A stretch of DNA of 64,000 nucleotides from an uncultured Candidatus Saccharibacteria bacterium (lineage in GTDB: Bacteria > Patescibacteriota > Minisyncoccia > Phycocordibacterales > UBA9973), in NCBI GenBank assembly GCA_964496425.1, contig CAZBZO010000002.1, positions 66,450 through 130,449 of the forward strand. The letters run 5' to 3'. This document shows, piece after piece, positions 1 to 8,896 of this stretch. The position numbers were made by a program, and so were the translations under genes. The stretch's first letter is position 1. Every line of letters starts with the position of its first letter. The notes beneath the pieces are model-generated. The model made no database searches. It saw only the letters and a program-made list of their open reading frames with translations, and was not told the origin of the DNA.

Positions 1-240
1 GAAATCACAACCAATAGTCAGAGCTTAACCTTTGTGGTTGGTGATCAGAATATTTATCCTGAAGGTGCATGCGTACTTAGTGCTGATTTGAATAATGACT
101 GTCGCGTGAACTTGGTAGATTTTTCAATTTTAGCGTTTTGGTATTTAAAACCATTTCCTCCAACACTTGTTGATTTAAATGGTGACGGTAAAGTGACACT
201 GATAGACTTTTCAATAATGGCATTTTATTGGACAGGTTAA
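1..240 (+). CDS. C-terminal end of a dockerin-repeat protein (5' truncated by window edge)
   Basis: Open frame runs from nt 1. Two tandem ~22-aa repeats, DLNNDCRVNLVDFSILAFWY and DLNGDGKVTLIDFSIMAFYW, match the type-I dockerin calcium-binding repeat pattern (D-x-N-x-D-G-x-V-N-x-x-D). Confidence 0.5.
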   Translation, partial: EITTNSQSLTFVVGDQNIYPEGACVLSADLNNDCRVNLVDFSILAFWYLKPFPPTLVDLNGDGKVTLIDFSIMAFYWTG

Positions 241-255
241 CCAAGAATTGTACTC

Positions 256-1176
256 ATGGATCATCATATACAAATATCATATTGGAATAAAGGAAACACT
301 GTATTATTGTGCTGTGCTATTTTAATTTCAATATATTTTTTACCACTCACTCTTCATGCCGCAACACTTTATTTTGAAAAACCAAGTGGTGAATACGGAA
401 TCGGCGATACGCTCGCTGTGCCTCTTAAACTTGATACATCAGGGGTAGCAGTAAATGCGATATCTGCGGAAATCATTTTCCCTGAAGCATTAGTATCAGT
501 GAGTCGTATTCAAGATGCCAATTCGCCAGTGACACTATGGATCGATCCTCCGAAAATTTCCGGAAGCTCACTGTCGTTTGCCGGTATTATGCCTGGCGGA
601 TTTACGAGCGTGATTGAGCCTGAAACAAACACTAATGTGCCGGCAACCATTCTTACGGTTATTATCACGGTTGAAAAAGCAGGAGATGGAGAAATTAATT
701 TTTCCGAATCAAATTTGTATGTAAACGATGGCAAGGGTACTCGTGCCAATCTCTTGGCCATACCGCTTTTGCTTCATTTTAATAAAGAAGGATCAGGTAA
801 GGCGTATGTAATACGGGACAACATTCCACCAGAGGCTTTTACGCCGCTTGTGACAAACGACCCGAATCTCTATGACGGAAAGTACGTACTTATTTGGAAT
901 ACAACTGACAAAGAAAGCGGGATAGCGTATTACGAGGTAAAAGAGGGGAATGGGCCATGGATGCGTGCCCAAAGTCCCTTCGTACTTGCCGACCAAACCA
1001 TGAAAGGGAGTATCAAGGTGAAAGCTGTTGATCAAGCGGGGAATATTCGCATCGGTTCAACTGGCACTGCGCCGCAATTTCCGATTTCAATTTTTATAAT
1101 TCCTGCTCTACTGATCCTTATTCTTCTCCTTATCTTGCGTCGCGTGTATACTAAACATATTCGCAGAAAAATATGA
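256..1176 (+). CDS. cohesin-like domain surface protein with C-terminal TM anchor
   Basis: N-terminal signal peptide. The beta-rich module (GDTLAVPLKLDTSGVAVNAISAEIIFPEALVSV...PVTLWIDP) resembles the cohesin-domain proteins common in CPR. C-terminal hydrophobic helix followed by a basic tail. Confidence 0.5.
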   Translation: MDHHIQISYWNKGNTVLLCCAILISIYFLPLTLHAATLYFEKPSGEYGIGDTLAVPLKLDTSGVAVNAISAEIIFPEALVSVSRIQDANSPVTLWIDPPKISGSSLSFAGIMPGGFTSVIEPETNTNVPATILTVIITVEKAGDGEINFSESNLYVNDGKGTRANLLAIPLLLHFNKEGSGKAYVIRDNIPPEAFTPLVTNDPNLYDGKYVLIWNTTDKESGIAYYEVKEGNGPWMRAQSPFVLADQTMKGSIKVKAVDQAGNIRIGSTGTAPQFPISIFIIPALLILILLLILRRVYTKHIRRKI

Positions 1177-2918
1177 AAAAATTCCTAATTTTTTTAGCTG
1201 TACTTACGATGTCGGTGCTCTTTGTGCCGAAAGTATTTGCTGCATCATTACTCCTCTCACCCTCAACTGGTGCGTATAAAGTTGGCGATTCTTTTTCCGT
1301 ACAGGTGTTCGTGGCAAGCAACGGCACTGCAATCAATGCTGTATCAGGCTTAGTAACCTATCCGGTAGACAAACTCTCGCTTACCAATATCTCTTCAAGC
1401 GGAAGCATTATCAATTTTTGGACGGTCAATCCGATCAAAGAAGTAAATGGTGCCCACTTTGAAGGAGTGGTACTCAATCCTGGCTACACTGGATCAAGCG
1501 GGAAAATAGTTACGCTTAATTTTAAGGTGTTGAAAGAAGGAGTGGCAACGTTACTTTTTTCTTCTGCTGCAATACTAGCGAACGACGGCTTAGGTACCAA
1601 TGTCCTTGAAACAATTGGTAGTGCCACATACTCGCTCGGAGCAGCTGCGCCGATTTCCACCACCCCAGCAGGAGCACTCGTGCCCCTTGCGCCTGTAGTA
1701 TCTTCACGTACGCATCCGGACCCTGAAAAATGGTATCCATCGCGTGATGTTGAGCTTGGTTGGACACTTGAAGAAGGCACGACTGGTGCAGCTGTGCTTG
1801 TCGATGAGCTTCCCAATACCAATCCAGGCACTAAATCGCTCGGTACGATAACCTCATACGCTCAGACGCTTTCCGCTGATGGTGTCTGGTATGCTCACGT
1901 TCGACTTTTAAATAAATATGGTTGGGGTGGAGTGAGTCACTTCCGCTTGCAGACAGATACGGTAGCGCCAAGTTTGTTTACTATTGAAACACAACCAACT
2001 GAAGAACAAGTGCCATTTGTAAAACTTAAATTCACTGCAACTGATGAACTCTCTGGCATAGATCAATACAAAGTTTCCATTGATGGGGGAGAAGAGAATG
2101 TTTGGACAGATAGTGGCACAAGTATTTACATATCCCCGCATCTTACTCCAGGAAAGCATACACTGATTGCCAAAGCATTTGATAAAGCCGGGAACAATCT
2201 TGCAGCGTCGGTGGACTTTGAAATTACCGCAATCGAAAAACCAGTCATTGAAAAATATCCTAAAAATTTGAAAGACGGTGACTTCTTGATACTCTCCGGT
2301 CATTCGTATCCAGACGCTCGCATTGCTATTATCCTCAAACCAACGCTCCAAGAAAGTACGTCATACTTTGGAACCGTTCGCTATCAAAGTGCTGATGTAA
2401 ATTTGATTACCCGAAGTGTGATCGCGGATCGTAATGGTCTCTTTACCTTTGCCTATGACGAACGAGTACACAGTGGTATCTATACCGTTTATGCGATTGC
2501 GGAGCTTGAAAACGGGGCCCAAAGTCTTCCCTCTGACTCTGTCATAATAGTAGTTTCGCAGACGCTTATTGAACGCATTGTCGGGGTTGTTTCAAAGACG
2601 CTTATTCTTCTCATCCCGTTTATTGGCCTCCTGGCGCTCTTGGCAGGACTCATTTGGTATATCTGGTATCGCTATCGACTTTTCAAAAATCGCGTCAAAA
2701 GAGAGGTATATCAAGCAGAGGAAAGCATCCGGTCTGATATTGGGCCAATAGATGAAAAACTTCGTGCAGAAGTGATCTTACTTCGCAAGCTTCATGCAGG
2801 CGAGCCACTCGCAGCTCATGAAGTGGCCTTCTTAGAACAACTCGATCGCGAAATTGCCGCCGCCGCCGGGCATATTATGGAAAAGGTGGAAGATATCAAT
2901 CAGAGCCTCGGTAAATAA
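1173..2918 (+). CDS. large cohesin-like domain surface protein with Ig/FN3-like repeats, C-terminal TM and cytoplasmic coiled-coil tail
   Basis: Signal peptide. Module YKVGDSFSVQVFVASNGTAINAVSGLVTYPVDKLSLTNISSSGSIINFWTV is paralogous to the module in the upstream gene. ATGA start/stop overlap with the previous gene. TM helix near residue 520. Confidence 0.5.
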   Translation: MKKFLIFLAVLTMSVLFVPKVFAASLLLSPSTGAYKVGDSFSVQVFVASNGTAINAVSGLVTYPVDKLSLTNISSSGSIINFWTVNPIKEVNGAHFEGVVLNPGYTGSSGKIVTLNFKVLKEGVATLLFSSAAILANDGLGTNVLETIGSATYSLGAAAPISTTPAGALVPLAPVVSSRTHPDPEKWYPSRDVELGWTLEEGTTGAAVLVDELPNTNPGTKSLGTITSYAQTLSADGVWYAHVRLLNKYGWGGVSHFRLQTDTVAPSLFTIETQPTEEQVPFVKLKFTATDELSGIDQYKVSIDGGEENVWTDSGTSIYISPHLTPGKHTLIAKAFDKAGNNLAASVDFEITAIEKPVIEKYPKNLKDGDFLILSGHSYPDARIAIILKPTLQESTSYFGTVRYQSADVNLITRSVIADRNGLFTFAYDERVHSGIYTVYAIAELENGAQSLPSDSVIIVVSQTLIERIVGVVSKTLILLIPFIGLLALLAGLIWYIWYRYRLFKNRVKREVYQAEESIRSDIGPIDEKLRAEVILLRKLHAGEPLAAHEVAFLEQLDREIAAAAGHIMEKVEDINQSLGK

Positions 2919-2925
2919 ATTTTAC

Positions 2926-3014
2926 TGCGGAGGAGGGGAGATTCGAACTCCCGATCGAGTTTCCCCGACGCTGGTTTTCGAAACCAGTGCCTTCAACCAC
3001 TCAGCCACTCCTCC
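2926..3014 (-). tRNA. tRNA-Ser (anticodon CGA)
   Basis: Reverse complement folds as a cloverleaf: acceptor GGAGGAG/CTCCTCC, anticodon loop UUCGAAA (CGA), long variable arm, T-loop TTCGAAT, discriminator G, CA present. Confidence 0.85.
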
Positions 3015-3119
3015 CTCATTTCATTCGGTCGTCATGGCTTCGTGCCCTACTCGGGCACTCCCTATAGCATGTTCGCTTTCGCTCACATCAGCTATTCCTT
3101 CGCTTGCGCTTCGGATCAG

Positions 3120-3147
3120 ACAGAATCTAAAGCAGTTTAGATTCTGT
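3120..3147. promoter_or_regulatory. 12-bp-stem hairpin (acagaatctaaa-gcag-tttagattctgt)
   Basis: Perfect inverted repeat upstream (in minus-strand sense) of tRNA-Ser. It is immediately followed by a 12-nt copy of the tRNA-Ser 5' end (agccactcctcc, 3148-3159). Confidence 0.4.
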
Positions 3148-3221
3148 AGCCACTCCTCCTTGTATGAATATCTGTCGATACTAGCACTTTTATTAAAAAA
3201 CTGGAATGTTATACTAGGCAT

Positions 3222-3677
3222 ATGAACATTCCGCGCATAGATCATGCGATCATCAACTTTTTCCGCAAGATCTACATTGTCTCTGCTCGTAGTGCGCTTT
3301 TTGTGGTATTTTTTTGGTTCGGGCTTTTGAAAGTGCTTGGCTTGAGCCCGGCAAGTCCGATGGTCCATGCTTTATTTGATAAGACTATTCCGTATGTATC
3401 GTTCGACACGTTTATCATAGCATTCGGGCTTTTTGAAGTATTGATCGGTATTTTATTTCTTATCCCGAAAGCTACCAGACTGGCGATTCCGCTTCTTTTC
3501 ATGCATATGATTATGACTATGTTGCCGCTTTTTGTCTTGCCACATATGGTTTGGACTGCGTGGTTTGTGCCAACCCTCGAAGGGCAATATATCGTCAAAA
3601 ACCTCGTCCTGATCGCTGCGGCGCTCGGTATTGCGTCACAAATGGTTCCCCTGCATCAGACAAGAACTACGAGGTAA
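3222..3677 (+). CDS. hypothetical polytopic membrane protein
   Basis: ATG ORF with 4 predicted hydrophobic helices and no recognisable catalytic motif. Confidence 0.5.
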   Translation: MNIPRIDHAIINFFRKIYIVSARSALFVVFFWFGLLKVLGLSPASPMVHALFDKTIPYVSFDTFIIAFGLFEVLIGILFLIPKATRLAIPLLFMHMIMTMLPLFVLPHMVWTAWFVPTLEGQYIVKNLVLIAAALGIASQMVPLHQTRTTR

Positions 3678-3758
3678 CACATTATCTTGCTGGAGAAGAA
3701 AAAAAATGGTATTGTCTGGGTGGTTTTATGTATGTAGCTAGTAATTGGTAACTATATT

Positions 3759-3830
3759 GGCCTTATCGTCTAACGGTTAGGACATCGGCTTTTCAAGCCG
3801 GTAATCCGGGTTCGATTCCCGGTAGGGTCA
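3759..3830 (+). tRNA. tRNA-Glu (anticodon TTC)
   Basis: Cloverleaf: acceptor GGCCTTA/TAGGGTC (with GU pairs), D-arm GTCT/GGAC, anticodon loop TTTTCAA, T-arm CCGGG-TTCGATT-CCCGG, discriminator A. Confidence 0.85.
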
Positions 3831-3859
3831 CAACATTCAATAAAATTTATTGAAGTCTT

Positions 3860-4609
3860 ATGGATACTATACAAATTATTATTCTCGCGGCTGGACAAGG
3901 GAAACGCATGCAAACCGAAGTGCCGAAAGCCCTTGTGCCATTTCATGGCATGCCGATGATTGACTACGTGCTGCGCGCAGTAAGAGAAAGCGGTCTATCT
4001 CGGAAGCCAATCGTTGTTGTTGGGTATAAAAAAGAAGAAGTGGTCAAGCATGTTGCCGGGCAAGGAATTTGTGTGGATCAAAAAGAAATACTTGGTACTG
4101 GGCATGCTGTGCTTGCTACGGAAAATGATATACCCCAAGACGTGAGTGATATTGTTGTTCTCTACGCTGATGCACCTTCAGTGACTGGCGCCATGGTTGC
4201 CAACCTTGTGGCAACGCACACAGCTGAAAATAAAAATCTTACGATGGCCACAGTAGTTGTGCCTCATTTTGAAGGCTGGTACGAAGTTTTTTATGCGCCC
4301 TTTAGTCGTGTTGTGCGTGATGAATTTGGGAAAATAGTAAAAAATGTAGAGTTTAAAGATGCAACCGAGGAGGAGAAAAAAATTCGTGAGCTCAATCCCT
4401 GCTACTTCTGCTTTAAGAAAGATTGGCTCTTTGAACACTTAAAACTTATTAAAAATGAAAATACACAAGGAGAGTATTATCTGACTGACCTCGTAAAATA
4501 CGCTGCCACAGAAGGCAGTATTGCCTCCGTGACAATTAGTCCAGAAGAGGCACTAGGGGTAAATAGTAAAGTAGAACTTGAACGTTTGGAAGCAATTGTA
4601 AAAAAGTAA
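3860..4609 (+). CDS. sugar-phosphate nucleotidyltransferase (GlmU N-terminal uridyltransferase-like domain only)
   Basis: N-terminal ILAAGQGKRM...PKALVP motif of NTP-transferase family. No left-handed beta-helix acetyltransferase part. Confidence 0.65.
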   Translation: MDTIQIIILAAGQGKRMQTEVPKALVPFHGMPMIDYVLRAVRESGLSRKPIVVVGYKKEEVVKHVAGQGICVDQKEILGTGHAVLATENDIPQDVSDIVVLYADAPSVTGAMVANLVATHTAENKNLTMATVVVPHFEGWYEVFYAPFSRVVRDEFGKIVKNVEFKDATEEEKKIRELNPCYFCFKKDWLFEHLKLIKNENTQGEYYLTDLVKYAATEGSIASVTISPEEALGVNSKVELERLEAIVKK

Positions 4610-4631
4610 TTCCTACGCTTGTACTAGAGAA

Positions 4632-5561
4632 TTATTCTTTTGTATTGTGAAGCCAGAGGTAGATGTCTTCTAGTGCACGCACTGCATCGCCTGCGGCAAT
4701 GTTGTTTTGATGATAGAGGACATCAGTCACGTCTCCGGCTGCCCATACGCCGAGTACGCTCGTTTTTTGAGTTCGAGGGTCAATAACGATAGATCCGACA
4801 GGATTAAGATCAAGAAAGCCTTTGGCAAAAGAAGAATTTGGGATTTGGCCGATTTCTACGAAAATTCCGGTCCCAGTTAGCTTTTCTTCCTGGCCGGTAG
4901 TGGTATGGCGAATAGTCATACCACTTACAAATTTTTCACCAGAGATGTTTAGAAGTTCAATATCAGTAATCGCCTTGAATTTCGGATCTTTTTTTGTTTG
5001 GGCGACGGTGATTTCATCAGCACGAAAAGTGTTACTGCGGTTTAGGAGCGTGACGCTTTTACAATAGGCGAGGAGCTGCGCTGCAGTTTCAAATGCTGCA
5101 TTGCCTCCGCCGACGACAATCACATCTTGATCACTAAAAAGCGGACCGTCACAAGAGGCACAATAGGTGAGGCCTTTGTTTTCAAATTCTGCGGCACCAG
5201 GGATATCAAGTGCACGACGCTTGGAGCCAGAAGCAATCAAGACAGCTCGCGACGATATTGATTCGCCAGAATCAAGGGTGACAGATAAATTACCAGCAGA
5301 TCCTGCTAGTGCGGTCGTTGTGACACTTTCTTTAACTTCTAGAATATCTCCTTGGTATTCCAAGACATGGGATTTGAGATTTTGTGCGAGTGTAGCACCT
5401 TCGATATGAGGAGTACCGATCCAGTTTTGAATGTCAGTAGACACGACAGATTGGCCACCAAACTCACCTGTTACCAAAAGGGTTTTTAGGCGTTTACGGG
5501 CAGCATATACAGCTGCTGCAGAGCCAGCTGGGCCGCCACCAATAATGATGAGATCGTACAT
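4632..5561 (-). CDS. trxB: thioredoxin-disulfide reductase
   Basis: GGGPAGSAA FAD motif, redox-active CASCDG, second dinucleotide fold VVGGGNAA, and GDVTD near the C-terminus. Confidence 0.9.
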   Translation of the reverse strand: MYDLIIIGGGPAGSAAAVYAARKRLKTLLVTGEFGGQSVVSTDIQNWIGTPHIEGATLAQNLKSHVLEYQGDILEVKESVTTTALAGSAGNLSVTLDSGESISSRAVLIASGSKRRALDIPGAAEFENKGLTYCASCDGPLFSDQDVIVVGGGNAAFETAAQLLAYCKSVTLLNRSNTFRADEITVAQTKKDPKFKAITDIELLNISGEKFVSGMTIRHTTTGQEEKLTGTGIFVEIGQIPNSSFAKGFLDLNPVGSIVIDPRTQKTSVLGVWAAGDVTDVLYHQNNIAAGDAVRALEDIYLWLHNTKE

Positions 5562-5652
5562 AAAAAGTATTAAGTATTAGATATAAAGTATTAAGAATAA
5601 ATACACTCGAATTTCGAGCTCATACATTATACACGATACTTTCTACTTGATA

Positions 5653-6837
5653 CTACTTCTTCGGCCTTCGGAGAAAAGCAGGCACAGCACTCCAGTCATC
5701 TGTCGTGTCATCAAAAATGTCGTCTACTATTTTTTCAGGCTTTTTTATGTAGTCGTTTTCGAGCGAATTGTGAATTTGTTTTTTAGGCGTCACAATCAAT
5801 TCATCTTTTTCCAGGATTGGTTGTGTTGTGGAACTTTGAGCGTTACTTTGGAAAAGGCTCTTACGTGGAGAGTCAGTCGGAAAACCAGTTGCGATAACAG
5901 TCACCTTGACTTCACCTTTTTTCAGACGATCATCCTTGATTGTACCGAATATGACTTTAGCATCCTTGTCGATTGATTCGGTAATCACTTTAGCTGCATC
6001 ACCGATTTCGTGGATTGTGAGATCATCGCCGCCTGAGATAGCAAAGAGAACGCCTTTTGCACCATTGATTGAGAGTTCAAGTAGCGGTGAGTTGATAGCA
6101 GTTGTTGCAGCATTTTCAGCCCGTTTTTCACCTGAGGCAGAGCCGATACCCATCAGAGCGCTCCCTGTGTCTACCATGACAGCCTTAATGTCGGCAAAGT
6201 CAACGTTGATGATACCTGGAGTCGTAATCAGATCAGAAATACCCTCAACCGCTTGGCGAAGCACGTCATCGCAGAGAGCAAACGCGTCTTGGAAACTTGT
6301 TTCTCGTCCTGCGATGGCAAGCAAGCGATCGTTCGGGATGACAATGATTGCGTCAACTTCTTTTTGTAATTCTTCAAGACCAGTTTCTGCGATGCGCATG
6401 CGCTGATTGCCTTCGAAGAAAAATGGTTTCGTTACGACACCGACGGTGAGGATGCCTTGTTCTTTTGCGACGCGCGCTACGATCGGAGCTGCACCAGTAC
6501 CAGTACCACCACCCATACCGCAGGCGATAAAGACCATGTCAGCACCTTTGATGACATCTTGTATTTCTGCTTTGGTTTCTTCGGCTGCATGTTTGCCGAC
6601 TTCAGGATTCATACCTGCACCAAGTCCTTTGGTAAGGTTTTTCCCAAGATGGATCTTTTTTTCAGCAAGGGAGTTGTGTAGGTCTTGAGTATCGGTATTC
6701 ATCGAGATGAATTCCACCCCGCGAACCTTAGAATTGATCATGTGATTGAGGGCATTTTTCCCCGATCCTCCAACACCTATTACTTTTATACGGGCGAATG
6801 TTTCAACGGCTGGATTGATTTTAGGCATGTTTTTCAT
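5653..6837 (-). CDS. ftsZ: cell division GTPase FtsZ
   Basis: GVGGSGKNA and GGGTGTGAAPIVA tubulin signature. C-terminal conserved tail peptide. Confidence 0.95.
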   Translation of the reverse strand: MKNMPKINPAVETFARIKVIGVGGSGKNALNHMINSKVRGVEFISMNTDTQDLHNSLAEKKIHLGKNLTKGLGAGMNPEVGKHAAEETKAEIQDVIKGADMVFIACGMGGGTGTGAAPIVARVAKEQGILTVGVVTKPFFFEGNQRMRIAETGLEELQKEVDAIIVIPNDRLLAIAGRETSFQDAFALCDDVLRQAVEGISDLITTPGIINVDFADIKAVMVDTGSALMGIGSASGEKRAENAATTAINSPLLELSINGAKGVLFAISGGDDLTIHEIGDAAKVITESIDKDAKVIFGTIKDDRLKKGEVKVTVIATGFPTDSPRKSLFQSNAQSSTTQPILEKDELIVTPKKQIHNSLENDYIKKPEKIVDDIFDDTTDDWSAVPAFLRRPKK

Positions 6838-6923
6838 TGAAAATTAAGCGTTTTTTGGTTGAGTATACGCTGGCACTCAGGTAATAATTCGTATCCGATC
6901 ATAATAACAGAAAACAAAAAAAA

Positions 6924-6965
6924 GTATACCCCTACCGAATTTTGAAAAATTCGGTAGGGGTATAC
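6924..6965. promoter_or_regulatory. perfect 42-nt palindrome (20-bp stem, 2-nt loop) between ftsA and ftsZ
   Basis: gtatacccctaccgaatttt-ga-aaaattcggtaggggtatac, with no mismatches. Confidence 0.6.
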
Positions 6966-6991
6966 CCCAGCATCCAGTTATTTTCATTTTC

Positions 6992-8158
6992 TTACGGCAA
7001 AAACTGTCGAAAAATATTTTGCAGTGATCGTTTTGTTTCTGCAATAAAACCTGGGCCATTTCGCCCCGGGTTTGAGGCGTGTTCTTTTGCAAGAAGACAC
7101 AAACCAGAAGCGACAAACCATGCAGAGTCTCTGACTTTATGTTTCGATGCGCTAAAAATTTCAGTCGAACCGATTTTTGAAGGCAATCGAAGTAAGGCTT
7201 TTGATAACTCCTCAATCACCGCAATACTTGATCCACCACCAGTGATAATAATACCGGCTGGAAGGAGTCCACTCCGTTTTATTTTTTTCAAATAATTTTC
7301 GATCAATTCAAATATATCTGAAAGACGTGCCTCAATGATTTCATCGAGTTTTTTCTTCGGATAGTTTGAAAGAAAAGTACCGGTTTTGATACCTTCAGCT
7401 TCCTCAAGTGGGATGCGAAAGCCGAGCGCGATGTCGTTGGTGATGTCAGTGGAACCGATTGAAAACACATGCAGTCCGATTAGGAAAGTGTTTTCCCATA
7501 CAGCGATACTGACAGTTTCTGCTCCGATGTTGACAAGCATTGCTCCCACTGAGCGCTGTTTTGACGAAAGAGCGATTTCGCTTGCAGCAATAGGACTCGG
7601 AATCACATCCACTACTTCAATGCCCGCCAAAGTCACTGTGGTCACCATATCGTCAAGGTGTTGGGCAAGGCAGCTTACAACGAGTGTTTTTACTTCAAGC
7701 TTAATGCCCTGCATAGTTTCCGGCCTACCCATAACTTCTTTACCATCAAGTTTGAAGGCGATAGGAGAAACATGGATAATCTTTCGATTTGAAGTAGTAA
7801 TAGACTCTTCGCTTTGGCTTATTGCTTTGGCGATATCAAGACTCGTGACTTCGTTGTTGGCTTTGGAAATAATCGCCTCGCCGTGGCTGATTTCAGACGA
7901 CAGACTCACTCCACCAATAGAAACGAGCGCCCGTTTAATCGGAACTCCCGCAGCTCGTTCTGCTTCGAGCACTGCTTTTTTGATGCTTTTTACAACGTTT
8001 GCACTTTCAACAATATAGCCGTGGCGCATGCCGTGTGAATCTGCGTATCCTGTTCCAATAATGCGCGGTATATCCGAATCTTTCAACCATTCAGCCACCA
8101 CAACGCGTGTTGCGTATGTGCCGACATCAATTCCTACTGTAATGTTTCTGTTTGCCAT
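6992..8158 (-). CDS. ftsA: cell division protein FtsA
   Basis: Actin-fold N-terminus VGIDVGTYATRVVV, positioned immediately upstream of ftsZ. Confidence 0.9.
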   Translation of the reverse strand: MANRNITVGIDVGTYATRVVVAEWLKDSDIPRIIGTGYADSHGMRHGYIVESANVVKSIKKAVLEAERAAGVPIKRALVSIGGVSLSSEISHGEAIISKANNEVTSLDIAKAISQSEESITTSNRKIIHVSPIAFKLDGKEVMGRPETMQGIKLEVKTLVVSCLAQHLDDMVTTVTLAGIEVVDVIPSPIAASEIALSSKQRSVGAMLVNIGAETVSIAVWENTFLIGLHVFSIGSTDITNDIALGFRIPLEEAEGIKTGTFLSNYPKKKLDEIIEARLSDIFELIENYLKKIKRSGLLPAGIIITGGGSSIAVIEELSKALLRLPSKIGSTEIFSASKHKVRDSAWFVASGLCLLAKEHASNPGRNGPGFIAETKRSLQNIFRQFLP

Positions 8159-8168
8159 GTGTAAAAAT

Positions 8169-8564
8169 CTACTTCAATTTGAAGTGGCGAATCCATTTTT
8201 CTTCAAGTCTTTCCATTGTACTACCATGGACGTGTCCTTTCAAATGCAACATGCCGTGGATAAGTAAAAAAAGCGAAAAACTTTTCTCTGTCATCTCAAA
8301 TTTTGGCGCGTCGAGCTTGACTACGGAACGACAAATGACAAGTTCTCCAGAGTGCGGGGAAAGTGGAAAGCTTAAAATGTTCGTGGGTTTATTTTTGCCG
8401 CGAAAAGTGCTGTTGAGTTTTTGGGAAGTTGGTTTTGAAACAAATACAACTGAAAGCTCGTAGCGAGCGCCAAGAATTTTGTTCTTAAATGTGACAAAAG
8501 GCAAGCTCGGAAGCTTGCCTTTTGTTTGTATACTGATTGATACTTTCTGATCGCTTTTGTGCAT
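8169..8564 (-). CDS. ybeY: rRNA maturation endoribonuclease YbeY
   Basis: HGMLHLKGHVHG three-His metal motif. Size 131 aa. Confidence 0.8.
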   Translation of the reverse strand: MHKSDQKVSISIQTKGKLPSLPFVTFKNKILGARYELSVVFVSKPTSQKLNSTFRGKNKPTNILSFPLSPHSGELVICRSVVKLDAPKFEMTEKSFSLFLLIHGMLHLKGHVHGSTMERLEEKWIRHFKLK

Positions 8565-8568
8565 AGGG

Positions 8569-8808
8569 CTAGCGTTCTCGCTCGACGAGTTTTCCGAGCT
8601 TGCGAAGTTTGTCCATATCTTTACGGCGATTGATGCGCTTGAGGGCTACGGTTTTTTGCTTAAGTTTTGAGAGCGCGCGTTCGTTGTAGCGCTTGGATTT
8701 CACTTTGATAAGGATTCCAGACTCTTGCATGCGACGTGTAAAGCGGCGCAGAAGATTTGCTCCGTTTTCATTACTGTTTTTCTTTACTTCAATGTGGGTA
8801 TTAGCCAT
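8569..8808 (-). CDS. rpsU: 30S ribosomal protein S21
   Basis: LRRFTRRMQESGIL...KRYNE pattern typical of S21. Start moved to the internal ATG (MANTHIEV), because the track start is a TTG. Confidence 0.75.
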   Translation of the reverse strand: MANTHIEVKKNSNENGANLLRRFTRRMQESGILIKVKSKRYNERALSKLKQKTVALKRINRRKDMDKLRKLGKLVERER

Positions 8809-8896
8809 ATGTCTTAGAAGATTAGCATAGTGTATTTGAAAATGCAATTGTAGCTTTAAGGAGGTTTGTCGTCGGGCTTACGAAAACATTGAGTGG

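Noticed and set aside
2854-3225. 123-aa plus-strand ORF in the ORF track
   Set aside because: It lies across the minus-strand tRNA-Ser and the hairpin spacer, with low-complexity translation. It is an artefact of an open frame over an RNA gene.
5562-5652. Direct repeats AGTATTAAG (x2-3) in the trxB-ftsZ spacer
   Set aside because: Short, AT-rich and imperfect. They are consistent with low-complexity promoter DNA rather than a repeat element or CRISPR.
5906-6688. Antisense ORFs (166, 93, 74 aa) inside ftsZ, with similar antisense ORFs inside ftsA (7386-8267), priA, typA, atpA and atpD
   Set aside because: They are fully nested opposite strongly supported conserved genes. The Ala/Ser/Pro/Arg-rich translations are typical of antisense frames of GC-richer genes.
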